This document shows positions 42,582 to 51,138 of a stretch of 61,693 nt of DNA, piece by piece; within the stretch, counting starts at the first letter, position 1; each line of letters opens with the position of its first letter. This stretch comes from an uncultured Anaerolineae bacterium. Lineage in GTDB: Bacteria > Chloroflexota > Anaerolineae > JAADDB01. The notes under the pieces are model-generated. The model had not been told where the DNA came from, did not search any database, and worked only from the letters and a program-made list of their open reading frames with translations. The stretch covers positions 1-61,693 of the forward strand of contig CAYPUG010000002.1 of assembly GCA_964413905.1 (NCBI GenBank). The letters are read 5' to 3'. A program made the position numbers and the translations under genes.

Positions 42582-43834
42582 ACGTGTACATGGATTACCG
42601 CCCACACCTTCAAGGATATCCTCGGGGCGAAACCGCGGATTTCTTCCCTACCCGTCCCACGCCGTTTACAGCCTCCCTGTTTCGGGAGGGATGGGCGCAG
42701 GCTCGTCGCATGTTGGCCTTAGCGCTGAACGGAAACCTGCCTTCTCCCTGGAGGTGGCACGAAGGACAATTCCATGTAGTGCCCGAATTCTGGACCGCCG
42801 TGGTTCAAAGGCTCGAGATCCCCGCCTTCACCGTGGCGCATCTCCTGGCATTGCCTGGGTTCCCCCGGGAAATCCAGGTTCGACGGCGGCGCGGTTTTTG
42901 GGCGAGGTTGAGGAAAACGCGGAAAAGCGCGATAAACGCCCGTCGAGATGAGATCGAGCAGTTGGACCACGAAGTAAGACGCTGGTACCGTCATGTTCGC
43001 GCCATGACTTGGGTGCAAGCGGAGATTCTTCAAGTGATGGAAGAGGTGGCCGTTTATGTGGGCAAGGTCTTATACGGCTACACGTGGGCTACCCTCGCGT
43101 TACTGGACACATTCGCCCAAGCGTCCGACCCGTCGGAGTGGCTCCGGGAGATCTACTCAAGAGCCCACGGCCTCCCTTCCATGCCTCCTATATCCCCACC
43201 CACCGGCGAGGTGTCACTCCGCGTTCTGGGCGAGAAGATGCCCTGGCTGGGATTTCAACCCTTTGAAGTGGCCACTCCCCGCTGGACAGAGGAAAATGGG
43301 CGGCTAAACATCCTCATCAAACTGACCACACGAACGAACGGGGAGCAGATGTCCCTTTTTTGTTTTTGGCTGAACACTCGTGAGCAGATGCGGATGAATT
43401 TAGCACGAGTGGTGACGGCTACCCGGCATTGGCTCCACGCAGCCGCGGGAGAGGCCCTCGAAGATGGCCGATTGCGGGAGGCGGACGAGATTTTCCTGCT
43501 GGAGCTGGAGGAAGTGAAACAGATGATGACAGGAGAGTGGAGTGATCCAGGCCATGTACAGAGGGTGGTGGCCGGCCGACAACGCGCGTACGAAGAACAG
43601 AGCGCCCTATTTCCAAAGAACGATGATATGTATTGGTTACGCCACCCGACGGAGATGCCGGACACACGGGAGGTGGCCGCACCGGGATGGCATCCGGGCT
43701 GGTGGGGCCAGGCAGGCAAGGCAGAACGGTTGGGGACGATGGTCGCTTCTCCGCTGTCCTATGGTCATCTTCTCGCGGCCGCAATGAACCGTTCCATCCG
43801 TGTGGTAAATCACCCGTTTGAACAGGGGGAATGA
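42578..43834 (+). CDS. Hypothetical protein (418 aa), possibly related to non-catalytic parts of PEP-utilising enzymes
   Basis: ATGA overlaps at both ends (42578-42581 and 43831-43834). Weak resemblances only: EIFLLELEEV and a C-terminal SYGHLLAAAMNRSIRVV. Confidence 0.6.
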   Translation: MNVYMDYRPHLQGYPRGETADFFPTRPTPFTASLFREGWAQARRMLALALNGNLPSPWRWHEGQFHVVPEFWTAVVQRLEIPAFTVAHLLALPGFPREIQVRRRRGFWARLRKTRKSAINARRDEIEQLDHEVRRWYRHVRAMTWVQAEILQVMEEVAVYVGKVLYGYTWATLALLDTFAQASDPSEWLREIYSRAHGLPSMPPISPPTGEVSLRVLGEKMPWLGFQPFEVATPRWTEENGRLNILIKLTTRTNGEQMSLFCFWLNTREQMRMNLARVVTATRHWLHAAAGEALEDGRLREADEIFLLELEEVKQMMTGEWSDPGHVQRVVAGRQRAYEEQSALFPKNDDMYWLRHPTEMPDTREVAAPGWHPGWWGQAGKAERLGTMVASPLSYGHLLAAAMNRSIRVVNHPFEQGE

Positions 43835-44781
43835 ACATGGATCTTTCCTTGGTCATTCCCGTGTACAACGAACAAGAAAGCCTTCGCCAACTCCACGACG
43901 AAATTCGCACCACGCTGTCAGGGCTTGATCTTTCGCATGAGATGATTTTTGTGGATGACGGCAGCACGGACGGCTCGTGGGAGGTCATTACCACGTTGGC
44001 CGAGGAAGATTCCCACGTGCGAGGGATCCGCTTCCGTCGCAATTTCGGCAAGGCCGCAGCCCTCACCGCGGGGTTTCGGGCCGCGCGAGGGCGTTACATC
44101 ATCACGCTGGACGCGGACTTGCAGGACGATCCCGCGGAGATCCCCCGCTTCCTGGCGAAATTAGACGAAGGGTGGGATGTGGTCAGCGGCTGGAAGTTCC
44201 CCCGTCGGGATCCGTGGACCAAAACCGTGCCATCCCGAATCTTCAACTGGGTTACCCGCACGCTCACCGGGGTACATCTCCACGATTTCAATTGCGGTTT
44301 TAAGGGGTACCGGAGTGAAGTGGTACGGGAAGTGCGCATCTACGGGATGTTATATCGGTACATCGCGGTATTGGCCCACTGGCGGGGCTTCCGAGTGACC
44401 GAGATAAAGGTCCATCACCGGCCGCGGCGATATGGAAAATCCAAGTTCGGCGTGGGTCGGTTCGCGGTGGGCTTCTTTGATTTGATCACCGTGCTCTTTC
44501 TCACTCAGTACACCTGGCGTCCATTGCACCTATTCGGTTCCCTGGGACTGGGAAGTTTGGTTCTTGGAACTCTGATCAACGTATATCTGACGGTGCTTTG
44601 GTTCACGGGTCATCGGCCTATTGGGAACCGACCGCTGTTGACGCTAGGTGTCCTGCTGATGATCATCGGTGTCCAATTTATCTCCTTCGGCCTCTTGGGC
44701 GAGATGATCGCGCATATGGCCCCCCGTGAAGATGAATACGCGGTGCGAGAAGTCATAGGAAGAGTGGAGAACGAGGAGTGA
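43831..44781 (+). CDS. Family 2 glycosyltransferase, polyprenyl-phosphate sugar synthase type (GtrB/ArnC/DPM1-like)
   Basis: LVIPVYNE, DDGSTDGS, DADLQDDP (DxD), two C-terminal TM helices. Confidence 0.88.
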   Translation: MNMDLSLVIPVYNEQESLRQLHDEIRTTLSGLDLSHEMIFVDDGSTDGSWEVITTLAEEDSHVRGIRFRRNFGKAAALTAGFRAARGRYIITLDADLQDDPAEIPRFLAKLDEGWDVVSGWKFPRRDPWTKTVPSRIFNWVTRTLTGVHLHDFNCGFKGYRSEVVREVRIYGMLYRYIAVLAHWRGFRVTEIKVHHRPRRYGKSKFGVGRFAVGFFDLITVLFLTQYTWRPLHLFGSLGLGSLVLGTLINVYLTVLWFTGHRPIGNRPLLTLGVLLMIIGVQFISFGLLGEMIAHMAPREDEYAVREVIGRVENEE

Positions 44782-47591
44782 ACATTATGGCCGAACCGCG
44801 AGCGAAAACCCCCCCCGTTCCTCCCGCGGCGTGGATCCTCCTGTTCACCTTGATAGCGTTTGCCCTCCGCGTGTGGCGCCTGGACGTTCAAGACATCTGG
44901 TGGGATGAAGCCCGAAACATCGATGTGGCCTTACGCCATCTTGCCGCTATTCCCCACGCACCTGAACTGGACATCCACCCACCGGGCTATTTCATCTTCC
45001 TTCACCTGTGGATGCGCGTCGCAGGGCACACCGCGTTCGCCACTCGATTTTTCTCCACCTGGTTTGGCGTTCTCCTCATTCCCTTGGTCTACGCGTTGGC
45101 CCGGCGGCTGGCCATGCCCCGCTCCGGTCTCTTCGCCACGTTCTACCTCGCGTTTTCCCCCTTCCTCATCGGCGAAGCCCAGGAAACCCGCATGTACACC
45201 CTGGCCTTCGTCCTCCTCGCGCTCACAGCCCTCGCGTTGCAGAACACTCTGAGAAACCATCCCCGCGCTTGGATTGCTTTAGGCATCTTCACCGCGGCCT
45301 CCGTCCTCGTCCACTATTCCACCGTCTTCGTTCTTACGGCCCTCTATCTTTATGCCTATCTTTACCTTATAACACGCACTCCCTATTCCCTATCACGCAT
45401 TCTCCATTCCACCTCGCGCCTCACCCTCGCCGGCCTCCTCTCCCTCCTCCTCTTTTTGCCTCAGGCCCCGCGCGCGTACCAACAGATCGCGCCTTACGGC
45501 AATCCTAACTTGGCCGTGCCCTCCATGCGTGAGTATTTGGCCCAACTCTGGCACGCGTACACCCTAGGCATGCCCGCTGAGGGAACATGGGTCCCCTATG
45601 CGCTGACGCTCTGGGTTCTCATCACTGTTGGGGGACTTGTGGGATACGCATGGGAACACCGCCGACACCTCGCGGCCTTGACGTGCCTCCTCATAGCGAC
45701 CCTTGTGCCGCTCTTTCTCTACTACGCGGTCCTGGTCCGACGGGCCACCTTCGCCCCCCGTTACATTTCCTTCATCCTTCCTTTCTTTGCTCTCCTGATG
45801 GGGGCTGCCTTAAGCAAGTGGTGGCGATGGCATCGCGCATTGGGCAGTGGTATCACCCTGGTCGTTATCATCCTCCTTACAATGGGCATCCAAGCCGACC
45901 AGTTCAACCCCCGTTACTTCCGAGAGGACACATCTGGCTTAGCCCGCTGGCTCGTCCAGCACGCGGGCCCAGAGGATGTAATTCTTATTGACGTGCCCTA
46001 TCCCTTAGGCTTTTACTACCCACGATTCAGCAAGAACCCGAACCGTGTCCCCCAGGGCCCCACCCATCTCGCGCCCGCCTACTACCTGTTTGTGGACATT
46101 CACCACGTGGATGAACGGCTGAATCAACTGGCCGCGGGCAAAAAACATGTCTTCTGGGTCCAATGGTTTAAGTCGGATACGGACCCACGCGGGGTCGTAA
46201 ATTTTCTCCTGCGCAAGTACGGCGTCCACGCGGGCCGCACCGCATTTCGTGGGTACCGGGTGGATTGGTATCGCATGCCTCAGGAGGTGCACTATCGCGT
46301 GGCCCAAGACCTGCGCACCCGACGGGTGTCGTTCGGTGACCGGGTTGCGACCGTGGCCATTGCTGCCGGGCAGGCTCCTCCTGTTCCCTCAAACATTCTG
46401 CAAGCGTCTGATGAAGGTCTTCTGCCCCGACCGGTGTGGGTCGTGGTAGACTGGCAGAAGGTGGGTCGTGCAGATCGGGCCTACAAAGTGAGTGCGCGAC
46501 TGGGCAACCCTCAAGGTCAGGTGGTGGCCCAAGACGATCGACGGCTCGTCAGTGACCGGCACTTGACTCTCCCTTATTGGGGACATGGAGAAATCGCGCG
46601 CAACGTATACCTTCTTCCGTTGCCCTTGGGCACCCCACCGGGAGTGTACACCCTCACCCTCCGCGTCTACGACCCGGAACGCATGGACGCATTGCCCGCC
46701 CAGGACGAAAGCGGCCACCTCCTTGGGCCGGATGCGTCTATCCTTCCCGTGCGTGTGCGCAAAGCCGACCTCTTCCCCCCTGTGGAGCCATCCGCGCTCT
46801 CGGGCTCGGCCTTGGGCCTGGTGGACTATCGGGTGGACGTGTCAGAAGCGGCGCCGGGCACTGTTGTGCCTCTCACCCTCCTTTGGGTGAAGCAGGCCCG
46901 CGCGAAAGGGGAACCGTTACGGGTACAAGTGATGCTCCTGGATAAGGCCGGGCATTCCCACGCGCTGTCAGAAATAGACCCGGTGCCTTGGTATCCCACC
47001 GACCGTTGGGACGTGGGGGAGGTGGTGCGCTCGCGCATTTCCTGGCGTGTGGCCCCGGACACTCCCAACGGAACGTACACCATGCACCTACGCCTGGTGG
47101 ATCGCTACGGTCAGGTGTTAGGGGAAGTGAATCTGGGAGACATTCGCATCAAAGGGCGTGCCCATCGGTTTGAGGTGCCGCGGATCTCCCATCGGCTGGC
47201 CCCCCCACCCCGGTTCGACGATCTCGCGCTCCTGCTGGGATACGATATGGTTGGAGAGGTGAAACCCTCCGCGCGTCTGGCCATCACCCTGACGTGGCAG
47301 GCCCTAACCCCTACGGCTGTGGATTACAAAGTATCCGTTCAGGTGCTTGACGCGAACAACCGGGTCCTCGCACAGGAAGATCACATTCCCCTGCGAGGAG
47401 ACGCGCCTACACCCTCCTGGCTGCCAGGCGAGGTGCTCCAGGACCGGTTCGACCTGACCTTACCGGACCCCTTGCCGCCTGGCCCTAAGCGGGTCATCGT
47501 CCTCATGTACGAAGCGGAATCCCTACGACGGGTAGCGGTGCAAGGCGGCCGGGGAGATTACGTCGTCCTTGAAAACCTGACCACAGATTGA
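44778..47591 (+). CDS. GT-C fold glycosyltransferase (ArnT/PMT-like, GT39/GT83 type) with a large triple-repeat extracytoplasmic C-terminal region
   Basis: About 11 N-terminal TM helices with a first-loop WWDEARN acidic motif; three homologous ~130-aa C-terminal modules. GTG at 44778 (GTGA overlap) or ATG at 44787. Confidence 0.8.
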   Translation: MNIMAEPRAKTPPVPPAAWILLFTLIAFALRVWRLDVQDIWWDEARNIDVALRHLAAIPHAPELDIHPPGYFIFLHLWMRVAGHTAFATRFFSTWFGVLLIPLVYALARRLAMPRSGLFATFYLAFSPFLIGEAQETRMYTLAFVLLALTALALQNTLRNHPRAWIALGIFTAASVLVHYSTVFVLTALYLYAYLYLITRTPYSLSRILHSTSRLTLAGLLSLLLFLPQAPRAYQQIAPYGNPNLAVPSMREYLAQLWHAYTLGMPAEGTWVPYALTLWVLITVGGLVGYAWEHRRHLAALTCLLIATLVPLFLYYAVLVRRATFAPRYISFILPFFALLMGAALSKWWRWHRALGSGITLVVIILLTMGIQADQFNPRYFREDTSGLARWLVQHAGPEDVILIDVPYPLGFYYPRFSKNPNRVPQGPTHLAPAYYLFVDIHHVDERLNQLAAGKKHVFWVQWFKSDTDPRGVVNFLLRKYGVHAGRTAFRGYRVDWYRMPQEVHYRVAQDLRTRRVSFGDRVATVAIAAGQAPPVPSNILQASDEGLLPRPVWVVVDWQKVGRADRAYKVSARLGNPQGQVVAQDDRRLVSDRHLTLPYWGHGEIARNVYLLPLPLGTPPGVYTLTLRVYDPERMDALPAQDESGHLLGPDASILPVRVRKADLFPPVEPSALSGSALGLVDYRVDVSEAAPGTVVPLTLLWVKQARAKGEPLRVQVMLLDKAGHSHALSEIDPVPWYPTDRWDVGEVVRSRISWRVAPDTPNGTYTMHLRLVDRYGQVLGEVNLGDIRIKGRAHRFEVPRISHRLAPPPRFDDLALLLGYDMVGEVKPSARLAITLTWQALTPTAVDYKVSVQVLDANNRVLAQEDHIPLRGDAPTPSWLPGEVLQDRFDLTLPDPLPPGPKRVIVLMYEAESLRRVAVQGGRGDYVVLENLTTD

Positions 47592-47669
47592 CCGACACAT
47601 TGAGAAAGAACGAGACCAGGCACGGCGTTTGAGCCATCCATGAGTCGGTTGAGGAAGGGGAAATTCATC

Positions 47670-48407
47670 ATGAGCACATTGCGCAGTTGGGTGCAACGAT
47701 TCCTACGCGTGGCGCGACACGTGCGTTTCTTCTCTTACCGCTGGCGGCTATACGCGGCCGCAGAGCAGGCCCTCGCCGGTTTCCACGGCCGAGTGCTGGA
47801 TATTGGCGCAGGGCAACAACCCTTTCGTCCGTACTTGCCCTCGGACGCGCGTTATACCGCCTTGGAGATCGTCCCCATTCCGGGTAACGATGTCATCGCC
47901 AGCGTGCTCGCCCTCCCCTTCGCGAACGGTGCCTTCGACGCGGTCATCTGCACGGAAGTGCTGGAACACGTGCCGGAGCCTGGTCACGCGCTGGCTGAAA
48001 TTCACCGAGTTCTTCGCGACGGTGGGCAGGTGTACATCACCGTCCCTATGACGTGGGGCCACCATTATGTGCCCCACGACTATTACCGATACACCCGATA
48101 CGGTTTAACCTATCTCCTGGAGAAGGGGGGATTTCGGGTTGTTCGGGTATATCAAATCGGTGGACTGTTCACAGCCATGCTGGCTCGCGTCCAGGATCTG
48201 CTCGGTTTGGGCATATTCCGGCTGGCGTACCCGGTGAAGTTCTTGGGGGGAAACGCCACCCGCCTGTTCGTAACCACCTTGCTCCTGTTACCTTTTTTCG
48301 TTCTGCTCGACTTTCTGGCCGCGCTGCTGGATCGAACAATTCCCGGTGCCCGCCGAGACGCGTTGGGATGGTCGGTATTGGCCGTACGAGCAACGCACAG
48401 TGCGTGA
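47670..48407 (+). CDS. Class I SAM-dependent methyltransferase with a hydrophobic C-terminal anchor
   Basis: VLDIGAGQQP motif I, FDAVICTEVLEHV. ATG at 47670 behind GAGGAAGGGG; the ORF opens at 47640. Confidence 0.8.
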   Translation: MSTLRSWVQRFLRVARHVRFFSYRWRLYAAAEQALAGFHGRVLDIGAGQQPFRPYLPSDARYTALEIVPIPGNDVIASVLALPFANGAFDAVICTEVLEHVPEPGHALAEIHRVLRDGGQVYITVPMTWGHHYVPHDYYRYTRYGLTYLLEKGGFRVVRVYQIGGLFTAMLARVQDLLGLGIFRLAYPVKFLGGNATRLFVTTLLLLPFFVLLDFLAALLDRTIPGARRDALGWSVLAVRATHSA

Positions 48408-48420
48408 CTTATGCATCACG

Positions 48421-48449
48421 TTGCCACGCCCCCATCCCTGTGCTACAAT
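48421..48449 (+). promoter_or_regulatory. Sigma70-like promoter TTGCCA-17-(TGC)TACAAT for the polysaccharide operon
   Basis: -35 at 48421-48426, 17-nt spacer, -10 at 48444-48449 preceded by TGC. Confidence 0.6.
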
Positions 48450-48556
48450 CGGGCCGACACATTGGTTGAATGCCGGAGGTTGCAAGACGGGCCGGACGAT
48501 CGCGATGCACTATCCCCTTGCGCAAGCGGATGAATTTGCCGGCTTGAGGCGTTAGA

Positions 48557-49804
48557 ATGAGAAACGCCATGTTCGCCGAAGACGAGGAAACGAGTGTGGT
48601 CGCTATGGATAATTTACGTGTATACATCAACATCGTACTCAAACGCCTTTGGCTGATCGCTCTTCTTTTAGTTATTACGGTCGGCGGAATTTACTATACC
48701 GCGTCTTCACGACCACCCAAGTACCAAACCACCGTGCGGTTGCAAATTCTAGGCGTAGAACCGGACGCGATTACCCTGTTCACACCGGTACGGCAAGTCC
48801 CCACAGCCCAACAGTTGGACCGCATCGGCGCGGACTTCATCAACGCGTTGCGAAATCGGGATGTGGCCTGGAAATCTGCGCGGCAGATCAACAAGGAATT
48901 AGGCACCCATCTTACCGCGGACGACATCATCAAAGTCATTTGGCCTTGGCTGGATGGGGAATTCATTTACGTACGGATTGTGGAAGCAGACACGGCCACC
49001 TTGGCTAAGCGCATGGCCGAAGTTCACATCGAGAACGCCCTGGCCTACTACCGTACCGAGCGGGCCCGAAGTGTCATCGTCGCCCGACAGTTTATCGAGC
49101 AAGAAGTGAAGAAACAAGAGGATGTCCTGGCCCAGACCCGGGATACCCTCACCAAATTTCGCTTACGTTACAACTTAGCCGATGTAGACCGAGAAATCGA
49201 AGCCCTACAAGATCAAATCCGCGCGCTGCGATTGGAGCGCGATCGGGCCCAAGTCAAAGCCGAACAGGCAGAATCCGGAGCCCGTACATACAGACACCTC
49301 GCGCAAACCCTACGCCAACAAGCATCTTCCCTGTCACCCGATAATGTTCAACATGAAGCCCTTTTGAGCCAAGCTCGTGAATACGAGACCCGCGCCGGCG
49401 TCCAGGACGCGGTGGTCGCCGGGCAACAAGCCGCCATCCGTCGTTACGATCGCCTCATTAACGATTATGAGAACCGGCTGGCCGAACTCATCGGCATTCA
49501 AGAGGAGTACGAATCCTTAGTTCACCGGGTCAAACAAGAAGAAGATCAATACGCGTTTCTCCAAAGCAAACTTAAAGAGGCACAAGTTAAAGAAGACCAA
49601 GCCTTACACAGTGGATACATTCAAGTAGTCGAGGCTGCCCACGAACCGGTTCGGGCTGCACCCCGCAACATCGGTCGCTTGGTGTTCTATGGGGCGGCAT
49701 TGGCTTTAATGATCGGGGTCGTCCTGGCCTTCCTGCTGGAATTTCTGAGCCACCTTGCCCGACGCCAAACCTCCATGCCCTCGGTATCTCAGGAGCGCCC
49801 ATGA
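48557..49804 (+). CDS. Polysaccharide co-polymerase (Wzz/GumC-like chain-length determinant) without a kinase domain
   Basis: N-terminal and C-terminal TM helices flank a long coiled-coil segment. Confidence 0.75.
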   Translation: MRNAMFAEDEETSVVAMDNLRVYINIVLKRLWLIALLLVITVGGIYYTASSRPPKYQTTVRLQILGVEPDAITLFTPVRQVPTAQQLDRIGADFINALRNRDVAWKSARQINKELGTHLTADDIIKVIWPWLDGEFIYVRIVEADTATLAKRMAEVHIENALAYYRTERARSVIVARQFIEQEVKKQEDVLAQTRDTLTKFRLRYNLADVDREIEALQDQIRALRLERDRAQVKAEQAESGARTYRHLAQTLRQQASSLSPDNVQHEALLSQAREYETRAGVQDAVVAGQQAAIRRYDRLINDYENRLAELIGIQEEYESLVHRVKQEEDQYAFLQSKLKEAQVKEDQALHSGYIQVVEAAHEPVRAAPRNIGRLVFYGAALALMIGVVLAFLLEFLSHLARRQTSMPSVSQERP

Positions 49805-51030
49805 CCCGAACGCGGGTGCTGTACGTGGACCTGGCCCCCACGCCCGCGGGGTCCATTGCCAGTTTGAAATACCTAGTACGGGACCTGGACCGTTCCCGGT
49901 TCCAACCGGTGGTGCTCCTCTCGGAAGGAAACCCCGCTGTCGAAGATTTTCGCGCCCTCGGCGCGGAAGTGTGGACCATCCCCAGCCAACAGGGACGGAG
50001 TGTCTCCTTTGGCTACAAGGTGGATGCCATCCGACAGGGACGGATCGGAACGTGGGTGCGGGCCCATCCCCGCATAGCCACCGTATGGCATACACTTGGC
50101 GCACTGGGCCGATGGCGGCGCAAACTCTGGCCTGAAGCCCAACGCATTCGCCACGTCATCCAGGCAACTCGCCCCCACATCCTGCACCTGAACGCGGAAC
50201 TGGTGGTCAACCGCCCCGCGGTCATGGCCGCGTACCTCGCCCATGTGCCCACCGTCTGCCACGTCCGGGGCTGGGAGACGTGGGACATTTGGGACCGATG
50301 GATTTCCCGGGCTATCGACGCGTACATCTGCATCTCCCACGCGGTGGCCCGACGATTGCGCGAGCAAAAAGCCATTGACGTGCCCGTGTATGTCATATAC
50401 AATGGGCTGGACGTGGCCGACGTTCCCACCGAACCTCGGCCGGGATTGTACCAAACTTTGGGGCTTGTGGAAGGACGTCCTACCATCGGTATGTTCGGAC
50501 GCATGGTGCCCTGGAAGGGACATCACATTTTTGTGGAGGCGTTGGCCCTGGTCGCGCGAGAGGTTCCAGAGGTTCAGGGCATTGTCGTGGGTGGGTTGGA
50601 AATCACTGCACCCACGTACCTGGACGAACTGAAGGCCCTGGCCCGGTCCCTGGGCATTTTGGACCGGCTACACTTCCTGGGACATCGGGATGACGTGCTT
50701 GACCTGTACGCGTTGGTGGACGTGTTGGTGCACGCGTCGGTGCGGGATGAACCCTTTGGTCGGGTCATTATCGAAGGGATGGCTGCAGCCCGTCCGGTGG
50801 TGGCCACGCGCGGGGGCGGCACACCGGAGATCGTCCAGGAGGGCGTGACGGGCTTCCTGGTGCCTCAGCGTGACCCCCAGGCGATGGCCGAGGCTATCAT
50901 CCGTTTGCTGATGGATCCGGACCTGGCCCGGCGCATGGGACGGGCAGCCCGGGAGGACGTGGCCCGTCGGTTTGATGCCCGAACCACGGCTCAACAGATC
51001 ATGGACGTGTACGAGTACTTATTGCGCTGA
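49801..51030 (+). CDS. Glycosyltransferase family 4 (GT-B)
   Basis: EPFGRVIIEGMAAARPVVATRGGGTPEIV E-x7-E region; ATGA overlap with the upstream gene. Confidence 0.88.
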   Translation: MTRTRVLYVDLAPTPAGSIASLKYLVRDLDRSRFQPVVLLSEGNPAVEDFRALGAEVWTIPSQQGRSVSFGYKVDAIRQGRIGTWVRAHPRIATVWHTLGALGRWRRKLWPEAQRIRHVIQATRPHILHLNAELVVNRPAVMAAYLAHVPTVCHVRGWETWDIWDRWISRAIDAYICISHAVARRLREQKAIDVPVYVIYNGLDVADVPTEPRPGLYQTLGLVEGRPTIGMFGRMVPWKGHHIFVEALALVAREVPEVQGIVVGGLEITAPTYLDELKALARSLGILDRLHFLGHRDDVLDLYALVDVLVHASVRDEPFGRVIIEGMAAARPVVATRGGGTPEIVQEGVTGFLVPQRDPQAMAEAIIRLLMDPDLARRMGRAAREDVARRFDARTTAQQIMDVYEYLLR

Positions 51031-51064
51031 CGTGCTGGGCTTTTTAATGTGCTTACGGGCAACT

Positions 51065-51095
51065 GGGTAGACGAGGGCACTGCCCCTGTCCACCC
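51065..51095 (+). repeat. Repeat family A, degenerate copy A3
   Basis: GGGTAGACGAGGGCACTGCCCCTGTCCACCC, an imperfect hairpin with the same outer GGGT/ACCC ends. Confidence 0.45.
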
Positions 51096-51138
51096 AATGT
51101 GAAAGAGAGGGTTGCAGATTGGGAGAGAAGTGAAGGGC

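Noticed and set aside
45350-45440. CT-rich, lower-GC patch inside the GT-C gene containing TATCACGCAT
   Set aside because: I considered an inserted repeat of the CGTGATA family. It is in frame and encodes a plausible hydrophobic or loop segment (YLYAYLYLITRTPYSLSRILHS), and it has only a single motif copy, so it is probably coincidence.
48450-48556. Possible c-di-GMP riboswitch in the polysaccharide operon leader
   Set aside because: It contains a CTTGCGCAAG palindrome but not the GGCAAAC / ACGCAAAGC-type GEMM motifs. There is no support beyond its location.
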